DNA of 42,117 nt from positions 1 through 42,117 of the forward strand of contig JALEGN010000013.1 in assembly GCA_022763365.1 (NCBI GenBank), in the 5' to 3' direction. The notes under the pieces are model-generated. The model was not told the origin of the DNA and made no database searches. It saw nothing but the letters and a program-made list of their open reading frames with translations. The translations under genes and the position numbers were made by a program. Below are positions 9,528 to 18,574 of the stretch, in pieces. How positions within the stretch are numbered: position 1 is the stretch's first letter; each line of letters begins with the position of its first letter. Source of the stretch: Minisyncoccota bacterium (GTDB taxonomy: Bacteria > Patescibacteriota > Minisyncoccia > Phycocordibacterales > UBA1006).

Positions 9528-10160
9528 TTATTTTACCTCATCAACAATAGATTCAAGGGTACTTCCTCCTGACCATTTTTTAATCAAATTTCCTTGATTA
9601 TCAACTTGTACCATTGTATGTTGTTTTGTTACAGCGTATTTATTTTTTAATGCTGTTTCAGTATCATAATCAACCTGAACAATGGTTAGGTTTGATGGAA
9701 TATCTGATAACGAATCATTAATATCATTTTCTAAACGACGACATGATGGACACCATGATGCATAGAAATCAAGAACAATATCTCCCTCTAAACTAGCGAG
9801 GGTGATATCTTCATATTTAACAAAATCTCCCGGACCTGCATTAGCTTCAGCATCAACTTCAGTTTCTACGTTGGTTTCTGCTAAATCAGTGATTCCTTCT
9901 TCGATAGCTGTATTAATACTTACCTGAGCATTTGAAACTGCTTCTCTAGCTGAATCAATATTCGCCTGAATTTGTGCATTAAGATCAACCAAGGCTCCTT
10001 GCTGAGATTGAGGGAGGTCATCTCTAATATCTTCTAAACCATCTTCTTGTGCTATTTGTTCTCGTGATCCTGATTCAGTGATAGTTTCAGAATTATTAAA
10101 TGCGTTATAGGCAAAATATCCCAACCCAATAAGAATAATTAAAATTACTAAATTTTTCAT
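9528..10160 (-). CDS. Membrane-anchored thioredoxin-family protein
   Basis: N-terminal TM, acidic linker, LDFYASWCPSC active site; 1 nt upstream of ccdA. Confidence 0.88.
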   Translation of the reverse strand: MKNLVILIILIGLGYFAYNAFNNSETITESGSREQIAQEDGLEDIRDDLPQSQQGALVDLNAQIQANIDSAREAVSNAQVSINTAIEEGITDLAETNVETEVDAEANAGPGDFVKYEDITLASLEGDIVLDFYASWCPSCRRLENDINDSLSDIPSNLTIVQVDYDTETALKNKYAVTKQHTMVQVDNQGNLIKKWSGGSTLESIVDEVK

Positions 10161-10286
10161 ATGTTTATTTTTATATGTTTGTATTTAAAATGAATAACAC
10201 ATTTAGTATACCAATTAACCCATACCTTTATAAATTGATTTATTTTAAATAAATTATAATATTAAGAAGAAACTAAATTATAATTT

Positions 10287-10898
10287 ATGGAACAAGATTT
10301 AATTGATATATTTTATGTGAACGGACAAGAATCTTTTCAAAAAGAAACTGAAAAAATGTCTCTACAAGAATATATGGATGAATTTCACAAGGCTAGAGAA
10401 AATTTCTTTGGATGTAGTGATTATCATGATTTTCTCTTGAAAAAGATTATCATTAAGGCAAAGAGTACCGACATACAAAAGCTTAAACCGATAGCAGATA
10501 AAGATATTAAAGCTAATGGACCAAATTATCTTCATAATCGTCTTGTTGCAGTCTACTGTCAAAGAATAGGTGTAACGTTAAAAGAACTCTTGGAGTATAG
10601 ATTTATTCTTAAAGAACATTATTCTTATGGATATAACTTTGCTATCGATTTTCATATTGAGCATGAATGCTTTAAGGACAAAAGTCCTATACCAGCTGAA
10701 GACGCCAATGTGGAATATGAACGTTATATTCCGAATGAACTAAAAAAGAATAAAGAAGATATCGATTTTTGGCTTGTTAATACATTACTCAAGAAAATGG
10801 CTATCAAAGAAGATGATGCAGAGCAAATGTACTACATATACAAAGAAATAGGTCACGGCTTTGGAATGAGACGGGCTGCTTCTGCAATAAAAAAATAA
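10287..10898 (+). CDS. Hypothetical protein (orphan)
   Basis: 203-aa ORF with its own promoter-like region and terminator; no recognisable motif. Confidence 0.7.
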   Translation: MEQDLIDIFYVNGQESFQKETEKMSLQEYMDEFHKARENFFGCSDYHDFLLKKIIIKAKSTDIQKLKPIADKDIKANGPNYLHNRLVAVYCQRIGVTLKELLEYRFILKEHYSYGYNFAIDFHIEHECFKDKSPIPAEDANVEYERYIPNELKKNKEDIDFWLVNTLLKKMAIKEDDAEQMYYIYKEIGHGFGMRRAASAIKK

Positions 10899-10902
10899 AG
10901 AT

Positions 10903-10930
10903 AAAACGACTCAAACATGAGTCGTTTTTT
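10903..10930. terminator. Bidirectional intrinsic terminator
   Basis: AAAACGACTCA-AACA-TGAGTCGTTTTTT. Confidence 0.85.
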
Positions 10931-10937
10931 ATGTATT

Positions 10938-12014
10938 CTAATACCCTTCCGATTGTAATACCTCTATGGCTTCTTTTGCTTTTTTGGAAAGTTTTTTTGG
11001 AATTCTGATTTTTATATTAATCAAAAGATTTCCTTTTGATCGATCAGTTACAATTCCTTTGCCTGAAACACGGAGGGTTGTTCCATGTGATGTACCGCTT
11101 GGTATTTTCACATCAATTTTTGAATCGTCGAGCATGGTTAAGGTGTGTTTTGCACCTAGTACAGCATCTGATATTGGAATTTCATAATCTAAAATAAGAT
11201 CGAGTCCATTTCTTCGGAAACTCTTGTGGGTTTTAACAAGTACCTGAATAAAGAGATCTCCTGATGGACCATTTTTAACCGCTCCACCACGTCCTGATAT
11301 CCGAAGGGTATCGCCATTCTTAATTCCAGCAGGAATTGAAAATTCTATTTCTTCTTTTTCTCTGGTGACACCAGCACCCTTACATTTCTTACATTTCTCT
11401 TTCGGTACCTTACCTGATCCTTCACAGGTTGGACATTCAGTGACCGTTGCAAAGATACCCATCATCTGTGTTTGAATTTTTCCCTGCCCATTACATTCAG
11501 GACATGTATCCATCGAAGAACCTTCTTCTGCACCACTCCCATCACAATCACTACAGGTTTTAGTATGATCTAAAGTAACTTTTTTCTTTACCCCAAAAAC
11601 CGCATCAACAAAATCAATTTCTATACGCATTTGCATATCAGATCCACGGCGTCGCTTCCGGCGCGATGAACGACCACCAAATCCTCCACCAAAGAGATCA
11701 CCAAGGTCAATATCACCAAAATCAAATCCACCGGCCCCCTGTTGAAATCCAGAGAAATCAAATCCACCAAAACCTTGCCCACCACCTTGGTTACCAAAAG
11801 GGTTTGGTCCAGCTGAACCAAATTGGTCATATTGCCGACGTTTTTTCTCATCTGAAAGAACTTGATAGGCTTCGTTAGCTTCTTTGAATTTTACCTCATC
11901 ACCATCTTTTTTATCAGGATGATATTTATGCGCCATCTTACGAAAGGCTTTTTTTATTTCATCGGCTGATGCTGACTTATCAACACCGAGTGTTTTATAA
12001 TAATCTTTTGACAT
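10938..12014 (-). CDS. dnaJ: Chaperone DnaJ
   Basis: J-domain HPD, G/F-rich region, four CxxCxGxG repeats. Confidence 0.97.
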   Translation of the reverse strand: MSKDYYKTLGVDKSASADEIKKAFRKMAHKYHPDKKDGDEVKFKEANEAYQVLSDEKKRRQYDQFGSAGPNPFGNQGGGQGFGGFDFSGFQQGAGGFDFGDIDLGDLFGGGFGGRSSRRKRRRGSDMQMRIEIDFVDAVFGVKKKVTLDHTKTCSDCDGSGAEEGSSMDTCPECNGQGKIQTQMMGIFATVTECPTCEGSGKVPKEKCKKCKGAGVTREKEEIEFSIPAGIKNGDTLRISGRGGAVKNGPSGDLFIQVLVKTHKSFRRNGLDLILDYEIPISDAVLGAKHTLTMLDDSKIDVKIPSGTSHGTTLRVSGKGIVTDRSKGNLLINIKIRIPKKLSKKAKEAIEVLQSEGY

Positions 12015-12092
12015 ACAATTTCTTTATCTCTCTATTATGACTCATTCATACCACGAATAATATTTCGTAGTATACATGAATAATGATAGTTA

Positions 12093-14006
12093 TTATTCTT
12101 TATCATCTGAAGAATCTTCTGCTTCCACATCTACCGTCTCACCATCATCTGATGATTCAGCGTCAGTGTTTTCAGTACCTTCAGAAGCCTTAGCTTCTTC
12201 GGCTGCTTGTTGTTGCATGATTTCTCCAATTTTTTGCATAGATTCTGATAGTTCAGCGGTCTTTTTCTCGATTGCTTCTTTATCATCACCTGCTTTGACT
12301 TCGTTTAATGCCTTAATAGCATCTTCAATTTTTGTTTTTGTTTCTTCATCAACGGCATCACCATGTTCTTTAACAGCTTTTTCTGCAGAAAATACCATTG
12401 ACTCAGCCATGTTCCGAACATCAACAAGTTCTTTCTTTTTCTTATCTTCATCTGCGTGTTCTTCGGCTTCATCTTGCATTCGCTTGATTTCTTCATCAGA
12501 AAGTTTTGAACCTCCTTCAATTCGAATTGAGTTTTCTTTTCCTGTTGATTTATCTTTCGCAGAAACCTCAAGGATTCCATTAGCATCAACATTAAAGGTC
12601 ACTTCTACCTGTGGAACACCACGTGGTGCTGGTGGAATGCCCTCAAGGATAAACCGGCCAAGAGACTTATTATCAGCGGCCATTGGACGTTCACCTTGTA
12701 CAATATGAATCTCAACTGACGTTTGATTATCAACTGCTGTTGAAAATACTTGTGAAGCTGAGGCTGGAATCGTGGTATTTTTCTCAACTAATTTTGTTGC
12801 AACAGATCCCATGGTTTCAATTGAAAGTGATAATGGAATCACGTCTAGTAAAAGAACATCTTTCACATCTCCTTGAAGAACTCCTCCTTGCAATGCTGCA
12901 CCAAGAGCTACTACTTCATCAGGATTAATTGATTTATTTGGTTCCTTACCGAATACCTCCTTTACCATTTCTGCAATTTTAGGCATTCGTGTTTGTCCTC
13001 CAACAAGGATAACTTCATCAATATCTGACGCAGAGAATCCTGCTGATTTTAGAACATCTTTGGTAATATCAATTGATTTATCAAGATACGGGGCTGCTAA
13101 TTCCTCAAGTTTTGCTCGAGAAAGATTAAGAAGAAGGTGTTTCGGCCCAGTATCATCTGAGGTAATAAATGGAATATTAATTTCAGTTTCAGAAGTATTT
13201 GAAAGTTCGTGTTTTGCTTTTTCTGCTGCTTCTTTAAGCCTTTGTAGTGCAAGTACATCATTCGTTACATCAATTCCTGAATCTTTTTTGTATTCAGATC
13301 CAATCCAATCAATGATGGCTCGGTCGATATCTTCACCTCCCATATGAGCATCTCCACCGGTTGATTTTACCTCAACAACATCATCTGCTACCTCAAGGAC
13401 AGATACATCAAAGGTACCTCCTCCAAAATCGTAGACGACGATTTTTTCATCTTTTTTCTTGTTGAAACCATAGGCTAACGCTGCTGCAGTAGGCTCATTA
13501 ATAATTCGTTTTACTTCAAGTCCTGCAATTTTACCTGCATCTTTGGTGGCTTGTCGTTGTGCGTCATCAAAATAAGCTGGTACCGTGATAACTGCTTCAG
13601 TGACTTTTTCACCAGTTTTTTCTTCAACATCAGTTTTAATTTTTTTCAAAATCATAGCCGAAATTTCTTCTGGTGAATAATCCTTACCATTCATTTCAAT
13701 CAGGATTTTGTCGTTATCTCCTTTTTTGATCGTAAACGGTGAATTTTTAATATCTTTTTGGACCGCTTCATCTGAGAATTTGTGTCCCATGTAGCGTTTT
13801 ACTCCAAAGATTGTATTTGTTGGGTTGGTTACTGCCTGACGTTTTGCCAAAAGCCCGACAAGACGATCAGAATTTTTACCAATCGCTGCGATTGAAGGGG
13901 TTGTTCGATTTCCTTCGTTATTTTCAATAATTTTTGGTTGCCCTCCTTCAACGTAGGCAACGGCTGAGTTTGTAGTACCCAGGTCAATTCCTATAATTTT
14001 ACTCAT
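12093..14006 (-). CDS. dnaK: Chaperone DnaK (Hsp70)
   Basis: [51 protein letters not shown]. Confidence 0.99.
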   Translation of the reverse strand: MSKIIGIDLGTTNSAVAYVEGGQPKIIENNEGNRTTPSIAAIGKNSDRLVGLLAKRQAVTNPTNTIFGVKRYMGHKFSDEAVQKDIKNSPFTIKKGDNDKILIEMNGKDYSPEEISAMILKKIKTDVEEKTGEKVTEAVITVPAYFDDAQRQATKDAGKIAGLEVKRIINEPTAAALAYGFNKKKDEKIVVYDFGGGTFDVSVLEVADDVVEVKSTGGDAHMGGEDIDRAIIDWIGSEYKKDSGIDVTNDVLALQRLKEAAEKAKHELSNTSETEINIPFITSDDTGPKHLLLNLSRAKLEELAAPYLDKSIDITKDVLKSAGFSASDIDEVILVGGQTRMPKIAEMVKEVFGKEPNKSINPDEVVALGAALQGGVLQGDVKDVLLLDVIPLSLSIETMGSVATKLVEKNTTIPASASQVFSTAVDNQTSVEIHIVQGERPMAADNKSLGRFILEGIPPAPRGVPQVEVTFNVDANGILEVSAKDKSTGKENSIRIEGGSKLSDEEIKRMQDEAEEHADEDKKKKELVDVRNMAESMVFSAEKAVKEHGDAVDEETKTKIEDAIKALNEVKAGDDKEAIEKKTAELSESMQKIGEIMQQQAAEEAKASEGTENTDAESSDDGETVDVEAEDSSDDKE

Positions 14007-14019
14007 GGTATTTAAATAA

Positions 14020-14391
14020 TTATTTTTCTAGTAATTCTTTTAATTTCTTAAAATGTATTTCTTCAAGTGGATATTCCAATTCAGTGCCATCCTCATGTGA
14101 TTCGAAGAATATTAACTCTGTTGTTTCATCGTCTATTTTTCTGAAACTGTATGAACAGATATATGGTCCATTAACATCTTTTAACTCGAGAAATTTATCG
14201 CGATCATAATCAATAACTTCTCGCGTAATATATTCATTAGAATATTTTGTCCCTATACCAATTTGTTCAGTATCTGTTGTCATCTCGACAGCGCCTTCTA
14301 CCCAATGTTTTGTATTTTTAGGTTCAAGGGTGAATTCAAAGATATCTTCTGTAGGAGCATTTATGATTACTCTAATTTCATTTGTTTTCAT
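14020..14391 (-). CDS. SRPBCC/START-fold protein
   Basis: Pattern [15 protein letters not shown]....NTKHW plus C-terminal helix [10 protein letters not shown]; overlaps the grpE stop. Confidence 0.6.
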   Translation of the reverse strand: MKTNEIRVIINAPTEDIFEFTLEPKNTKHWVEGAVEMTTDTEQIGIGTKYSNEYITREVIDYDRDKFLELKDVNGPYICSYSFRKIDDETTELIFFESHEDGTELEYPLEEIHFKKLKELLEK

Positions 14392-14986
14392 ATTTTCCTA
14401 CTTTTACTTTTGCTGGTCTGAGAACGGTATCTCCTGACATGTATCCTTTTTGGATAACGTGGAGGATTTTATTATCGTCTTCTTCATTATCTACTTCGAT
14501 ATGTTCTATTGGATCATGAATTTTTGGATCAAAATCATTGCCAACCTTTTCAATAATTGAAACATTATATAATTCAAGCGTATTCATAAATTGACTATGA
14601 ATATATTCAACACCTGTTCGCCATGCTGAGTCTACTTTCTCCCAAGCTTCCTTATTTGAAAAAGCCATATCAAATGAATCTAGGACAGGAAAGAAATCGG
14701 AAACTAAATTTAATTTCATACTATCAAGCTTCTCTTTACGTTTCTTTTCTTCTTCTGATTTGTAGTTTGCAAAATCAGCTCGCTCTTTCTGCCAGCCAGT
14801 AAGATATTCTTGAGACTGTTTTTTAACTTCTTTAAGCTCATCTCTTAGTTTTTTCAGCTTATCTTTCTGACTTATTCCTTCATATTCAGTTTCTTCAATT
14901 TCAATATCTAAATCTGAGGAAAGAGACTCATTATTGATATTTTCAGATACGTTTTCTGTATTCTTTTTTGTATCTTTATCGTTCAT
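14378..14986 (-). CDS. grpE: Nucleotide exchange factor GrpE
   Basis: ERADFANYK, FPVLDSF, FDPKIHDPI, IQKGY...VLRPAKVKV. Confidence 0.96.
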   Translation of the reverse strand: MNDKDTKKNTENVSENINNESLSSDLDIEIEETEYEGISQKDKLKKLRDELKEVKKQSQEYLTGWQKERADFANYKSEEEKKRKEKLDSMKLNLVSDFFPVLDSFDMAFSNKEAWEKVDSAWRTGVEYIHSQFMNTLELYNVSIIEKVGNDFDPKIHDPIEHIEVDNEEDDNKILHVIQKGYMSGDTVLRPAKVKVGKYENK

Positions 14987-14996
14987 ATTTCAATTA

Positions 14997-15020
14997 ATAT
15001 AACAAATTAACTTGTTATAT
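14997..15020. promoter_or_regulatory. Candidate operator palindrome over the grpE promoter
   Basis: ATATAACAA-a-TTAA-c-TTGTTATAT; overlaps the minus-strand TGtTATATT extended -10 that lies 9 nt before the grpE ATG. Confidence 0.55.
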
Positions 15021-15110
15021 AACGAATATACACGAAGAAATAATTTTTGACAAGTTTTTCATATACATGAAAATATTGTTCAATTTTTCTTAAAATGCTA
15101 TATTTAGAGT

Positions 15111-15674
15111 ATGAAAAAGCCTAAAAAAAGCCTTCAAGAGTTGATTTTAGCCAGTCTTACTCGCAAAAAAGCTCGAAAGCAAAAAGAAATCATTGAGGAT
15201 ATTGAAGCTATTATTGAACAATACGAAGAGAAGGAGCGAAAAACTAAACCTAAGTATCTGATTAATCGAGCTTTAAAAAAAATGATTGATGAAGATGTTA
15301 TTTCTGAGCATGAAACAGAACACTCTTCATTCCTATCACTAACAAAATCAGGACGTCAAAAACTTCGTAATATTAAACTGAACTCTGAGAATCATCTTGT
15401 TTCTACTACTTGGGATGGTTACTGGCGAATGATTATTGTTGATATTCCTGAAGATCGAAAAAAAGATCAGGATGCGATTCGATATTTCTTAAAAAAGGCT
15501 CAGTTTGTTCAAATTAAAAATTCAGTTTGGATATCACCCTACCCTATGGAACACATGATGATCAATATGAAAAAAGATCTTGATCTTGATCTTGATATTC
15601 TCGTGCTCGTTACTGATAAACTAGATATAGCAACTGAGCAACTCATGATGACTAAATTCTCTGAGGCACAATAA
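15111..15674 (+). CDS. PaaX-like transcriptional regulator (wHTH plus Cas2-like ferredoxin-fold domain)
   Basis: N-terminal INRALKKMIDEDVI...LSLTKSG wHTH; WDGYWRMIIVDIPE...FVQIKNSVWISPYP signature; promoter TTGTTC-17-TATATT ending 6 nt before the ATG. Confidence 0.8.
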   Translation: MKKPKKSLQELILASLTRKKARKQKEIIEDIEAIIEQYEEKERKTKPKYLINRALKKMIDEDVISEHETEHSSFLSLTKSGRQKLRNIKLNSENHLVSTTWDGYWRMIIVDIPEDRKKDQDAIRYFLKKAQFVQIKNSVWISPYPMEHMMINMKKDLDLDLDILVLVTDKLDIATEQLMMTKFSEAQ

Positions 15675-15715
15675 GGTAAATTTCGACGTAGGAGAAAAAG
15701 AGGATGCTCTGGAGT

Positions 15716-15742
15716 AAAAAAAGAAGACTAAGTCTTCTTTTT
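15716..15742. terminator. Bidirectional intrinsic terminator
   Basis: AAAAAGAAGACT-A-AGTCTTCTTTTT. Confidence 0.7.
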
Positions 15743-15745
15743 AAA

Positions 15746-16336
15746 TTACACAATTTTATTATAGTATGCTTCAATTATTTTATTTTCTGAAAGATATTTC
15801 ATTAAATCAGCCTTCGTACTTTTATCTGAAGCAACACCATAAATATCAGTAATTTGTGCATTCTTAGCCTCTTTAATATCAGAAATAGTATCAGTAACGA
15901 AACTCATTTCAGAAGTACGTATATTATAATGTTCAGCTAATATCTCAAAAGCTGATGTTTTATTCCCAATACTTTTTTCCAAACATAAAATCTCATCAAA
16001 TAAATACCCTAAATCAGAGAATTTTAGCATAGACCTAATAACATCTTCAATATTATAAGAAAGGATACTTAAAATATGCTTTTGTGATAAAGTATGTAGT
16101 CTTTCCTTATGTATTTTTGGCATTTTTAATGAAAAATAATAATTCATAAATGTTTCTACATATTTTTTACCCTCGCTATTTTCATTTTCATAAAAATGCT
16201 CTGGAATACAACCATTTGATTCAATAACTAATCTTGTAACATACGAAAATGAATTATTAGTCAAAACATGTCTATGAAGTGAATTTGGATTAGGAAATAA
16301 CACTCCATCAAAATCAAATATTATTATTTTCTTCAT
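15746..16336 (-). CDS. HAD-superfamily hydrolase
   Basis: Motif I IIFDFDGVL, motif II ILS, motif III K, motif IV FVTDTISDI; AT-rich. Confidence 0.85.
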   Translation of the reverse strand: MKKIIIFDFDGVLFPNPNSLHRHVLTNNSFSYVTRLVIESNGCIPEHFYENENSEGKKYVETFMNYYFSLKMPKIHKERLHTLSQKHILSILSYNIEDVIRSMLKFSDLGYLFDEILCLEKSIGNKTSAFEILAEHYNIRTSEMSFVTDTISDIKEAKNAQITDIYGVASDKSTKADLMKYLSENKIIEAYYNKIV

Positions 16337-16409
16337 ATCTTCAATTTACTATTTATATATAAGTATAAAGAAAAAAGATGAATTTAACAGCTAAGAAAAA
16401 CATTTGATA

Positions 16410-16682
16410 TTAATTTAATTTTCGATATAAGGCTCCTGTCAAAATAAGAATACTAAAACCGGCAATCAATATCATCAAAGGTTTGTCAGCTAAAAAAGGT
16501 GTCTCATCTATTATCTTTTCAAAGCCATAAAATACTGCCACTCCGCCAAAGGTAGACAGCCCAAGAAAAATAAATGGATATTTCTCAATAGCATTTTTTT
16601 GATAACGAGAAACCTTTTCTTCAAGATTCTTGAAACTTACGTAGGATATTTCTTTATTTTGGTTTTCAGACGTATTATTCAT
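16410..16682 (-). CDS. Small two-TM membrane protein
   Basis: Two hydrophobic segments (YPFIFLGLSTFGGVAVFYG; LMILIAGFSILILTG); 1 nt after the TfoX-like gene. Confidence 0.75.
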   Translation of the reverse strand: MNNTSENQNKEISYVSFKNLEEKVSRYQKNAIEKYPFIFLGLSTFGGVAVFYGFEKIIDETPFLADKPLMILIAGFSILILTGALYRKLN

Positions 16683-16683
16683 G

Positions 16684-16911
16684 TTATTGTTGTTTCATTA
16701 TTCGTGCTATTTCAATAGCATTTTTACTGATAAGTGCACCTTCCATTGCATACAATGTCATTTTACAGACATTAAGACCTTTATCTTTCATTTTTTGATA
16801 TACCACTGACGGACCGATATTTGCGAGCTCTTTTTTGGTATAGACACCAACTGACGACAGATGTCGTTTCATTGCAGGCCCTATATTCATCATATCTTCT
16901 ACTTCTTTCAT
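16684..16911 (-). CDS. TfoX/Sxy C-terminal-domain (HhH-like) protein
   Basis: MMNIGPAMKRHLSSVGV...L..IG....Y...LYAMEGAL signature. Confidence 0.8.
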   Translation of the reverse strand: MKEVEDMMNIGPAMKRHLSSVGVYTKKELANIGPSVVYQKMKDKGLNVCKMTLYAMEGALISKNAIEIARIMKQQ

Positions 16912-16953
16912 TACATATATTGTATCATTGTTTGTCGTGGTATAATCGGCAAC

Positions 16954-17385
16954 ATGTCACAAGCAAAAGAAATCACAGCAACTTACCTCAGAACAAAAGA
17001 AACTATGAAAAAATATATTACCGCTTTTGAGGAACGTAAACAACCGGGAAAATCTCATAATCCTTTTCAGTACACCATTAATAATCCAGAGGGATCTATC
17101 ATCCAAGAATTTAATCATTGGTTTATTATGAAAAATGACTTCCCATATGATGCAGTAGCCGATATCCATCATATGATTGTCACCAAACGCGAAGTGCCCT
17201 TTAATTGGAATCTATTAACTGAAGAAGAAATAGATGAATTCCAAACACTCAGAGAAAACTACCTAGCAGATAATTATGATGTTATTTATGAGAATTTACC
17301 AAGTGGTCAAACCCAACCTGGCTGGTTTCATATTAATCTCCTAAAATTAAAACGAACATCATTAGAAGAGTTTATGAATAACTAA
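16954..17385 (+). CDS. HIT-like domain protein
   Basis: WFIMKNDFPYD...HHMIVTKR...QTQPGWFHINL. Start reassigned to ATG 16954, 7 nt after TGgTATAAT. Confidence 0.6.
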   Translation: MSQAKEITATYLRTKETMKKYITAFEERKQPGKSHNPFQYTINNPEGSIIQEFNHWFIMKNDFPYDAVADIHHMIVTKREVPFNWNLLTEEEIDEFQTLRENYLADNYDVIYENLPSGQTQPGWFHINLLKLKRTSLEEFMNN

Positions 17386-17420
17386 AAACAAAAAAACACC
17401 AAATCGGTGTTTTTTTGTTT
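17386..17420. terminator. Bidirectional intrinsic terminator
   Basis: AAACAAAAAAACACC-AAATC-GGTGTTTTTTTGTTT. Confidence 0.85.
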
Positions 17421-17433
17421 CTGTATATACAGA

Positions 17434-17832
17434 CTATCGTTTTGACCATGCTGGACGTTTTCGGGCTTTCCGTAGTCCTGGTTTTTTTCGTTCTTTTCGC
17501 CGTGGATCTCGTTTCAAGTATCCCGCAGCTTTTAGTGGTGAACGTAGCTCTTCATTGTATTTTTCAAGAGCTCGAGCGATTCCGTGACGGATTGCGTCAG
17601 CTTGAGCTGAAATTCCTCCTCCTTTTACAAGAATTGAAACATGAAAATCATCTTTTGTTTCAACTAATGCAAATGGTGATTGTACAACTTTTCGCAGTTC
17701 TTCAACCGTGAAATATTCATCAATTTTTCGATCATTGATTACAAATGTTCGTTTTGAATCAGGAGTGATACGAACCTGAGCTGTTGCATTTTTTCGTCGT
17801 CCAATTGCCGCAATATATTTTTTATCTGCCAT
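17434..17832 (-). CDS. rpsI: 30S ribosomal protein S9
   Basis: GRRKNATAQV, GGGISAQADAIRHGIARAL, RDPRRKERKKPG...SKR. Confidence 0.98.
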   Translation of the reverse strand: MADKKYIAAIGRRKNATAQVRITPDSKRTFVINDRKIDEYFTVEELRKVVQSPFALVETKDDFHVSILVKGGGISAQADAIRHGIARALEKYNEELRSPLKAAGYLKRDPRRKERKKPGLRKARKRPAWSKR

Positions 17833-17838
17833 AATCGA

Positions 17839-18201
17839 TTATTCGTTAATGATAAGATTTTTCATCATAACTGCACGTAGACGGTTGTTTGGTAACATTC
17901 CATATACAGCTTTTTCGACCACAATTTTATACCCCAATCGTTCGATTGCATGCTCTCGACTTTCGTGCCGAAGACCACCTGGATATCCTGAGTATCGTTT
18001 ATACTCTTTTTTTAGACCAGCATCAGTTAATGCCAATTTTGCAGCATTATTTACTGTTACAGTAACATTTGGTGCAACATGTGGCTGAAATGATGGTTCA
18101 TTCTTACCACGTAGTGCCATTGCAATTTCAGTTGCTAGACGCCCAAGGCTTTGCCCTTCTGCATCAAATACGTATTCTCTTTTCTCTGTTTGTGTAGACA
18201 T
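17839..18201 (-). CDS. rplM: 50S ribosomal protein L13 (short form)
   Basis: DAEGQSLGRLATEIA..LRGK, YSGYPGGLR, AVYGMLP. Confidence 0.95.
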   Translation of the reverse strand: MSTQTEKREYVFDAEGQSLGRLATEIAMALRGKNEPSFQPHVAPNVTVTVNNAAKLALTDAGLKKEYKRYSGYPGGLRHESREHAIERLGYKIVVEKAVYGMLPNNRLRAVMMKNLIINE

Positions 18202-18208
18202 AGATATA

Positions 18209-18565
18209 TTATTTTACGAATTCGATGATTGCCATAGGGCTGGCATCACCTTGCCGTGCTGGCATTTTGATAATACGTGTATACCCACCATTTCGGTCAG
18301 CATAGCGTGGAGCGATGTCATCTACGAGTTTGTTTGCCAATGATTCTTGGTTTCCAAGTCGTGCTCTGATTAGTCGCCGAGATGCTACATCACCTTTTTT
18401 AGCTTTGGTAATGAGCTTTTCGATATAAGGACGCAATTCTTTTGCTCGTGCTTCAGTCGTTTTAATTTGCTCGTAGGTTAATAGGGCTACCGCAAGTGAT
18501 CGAATGAATCCACGTCGTACGTTTGCTTTTCGTCCAAATTTTCGGTTTTTTCGTCCGTGTCTCAT
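18209..18565 (-). CDS. rplQ: 50S ribosomal protein L17
   Basis: MRHG...IKTTEARAKELR...RNGGYTRIIK...GDASPMAIIEFV. Confidence 0.98.
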   Translation of the reverse strand: MRHGRKNRKFGRKANVRRGFIRSLAVALLTYEQIKTTEARAKELRPYIEKLITKAKKGDVASRRLIRARLGNQESLANKLVDDIAPRYADRNGGYTRIIKMPARQGDASPMAIIEFVK

Positions 18566-18574
18566 AAGTTTGGA

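Noticed and set aside
12076-13347. Long antisense ORFs opposite dnaK (210 aa, 95 aa)
   Set aside because: These are shadow ORFs from codon bias in hsp70 genes, with Ser/Phe-rich composition and no expression signals.
15576-15596. GATCTT tandem repeat as a phase-variation tract
   Set aside because: It is a short in-frame hexamer repeat (DLDLDLD), so slippage would not shift the frame.
15111-15674. CRISPR-Cas locus (Cas2-like motif)
   Set aside because: No repeat-spacer array or other cas genes are present. The domain is fused to a wHTH as in PaaX-like regulators.
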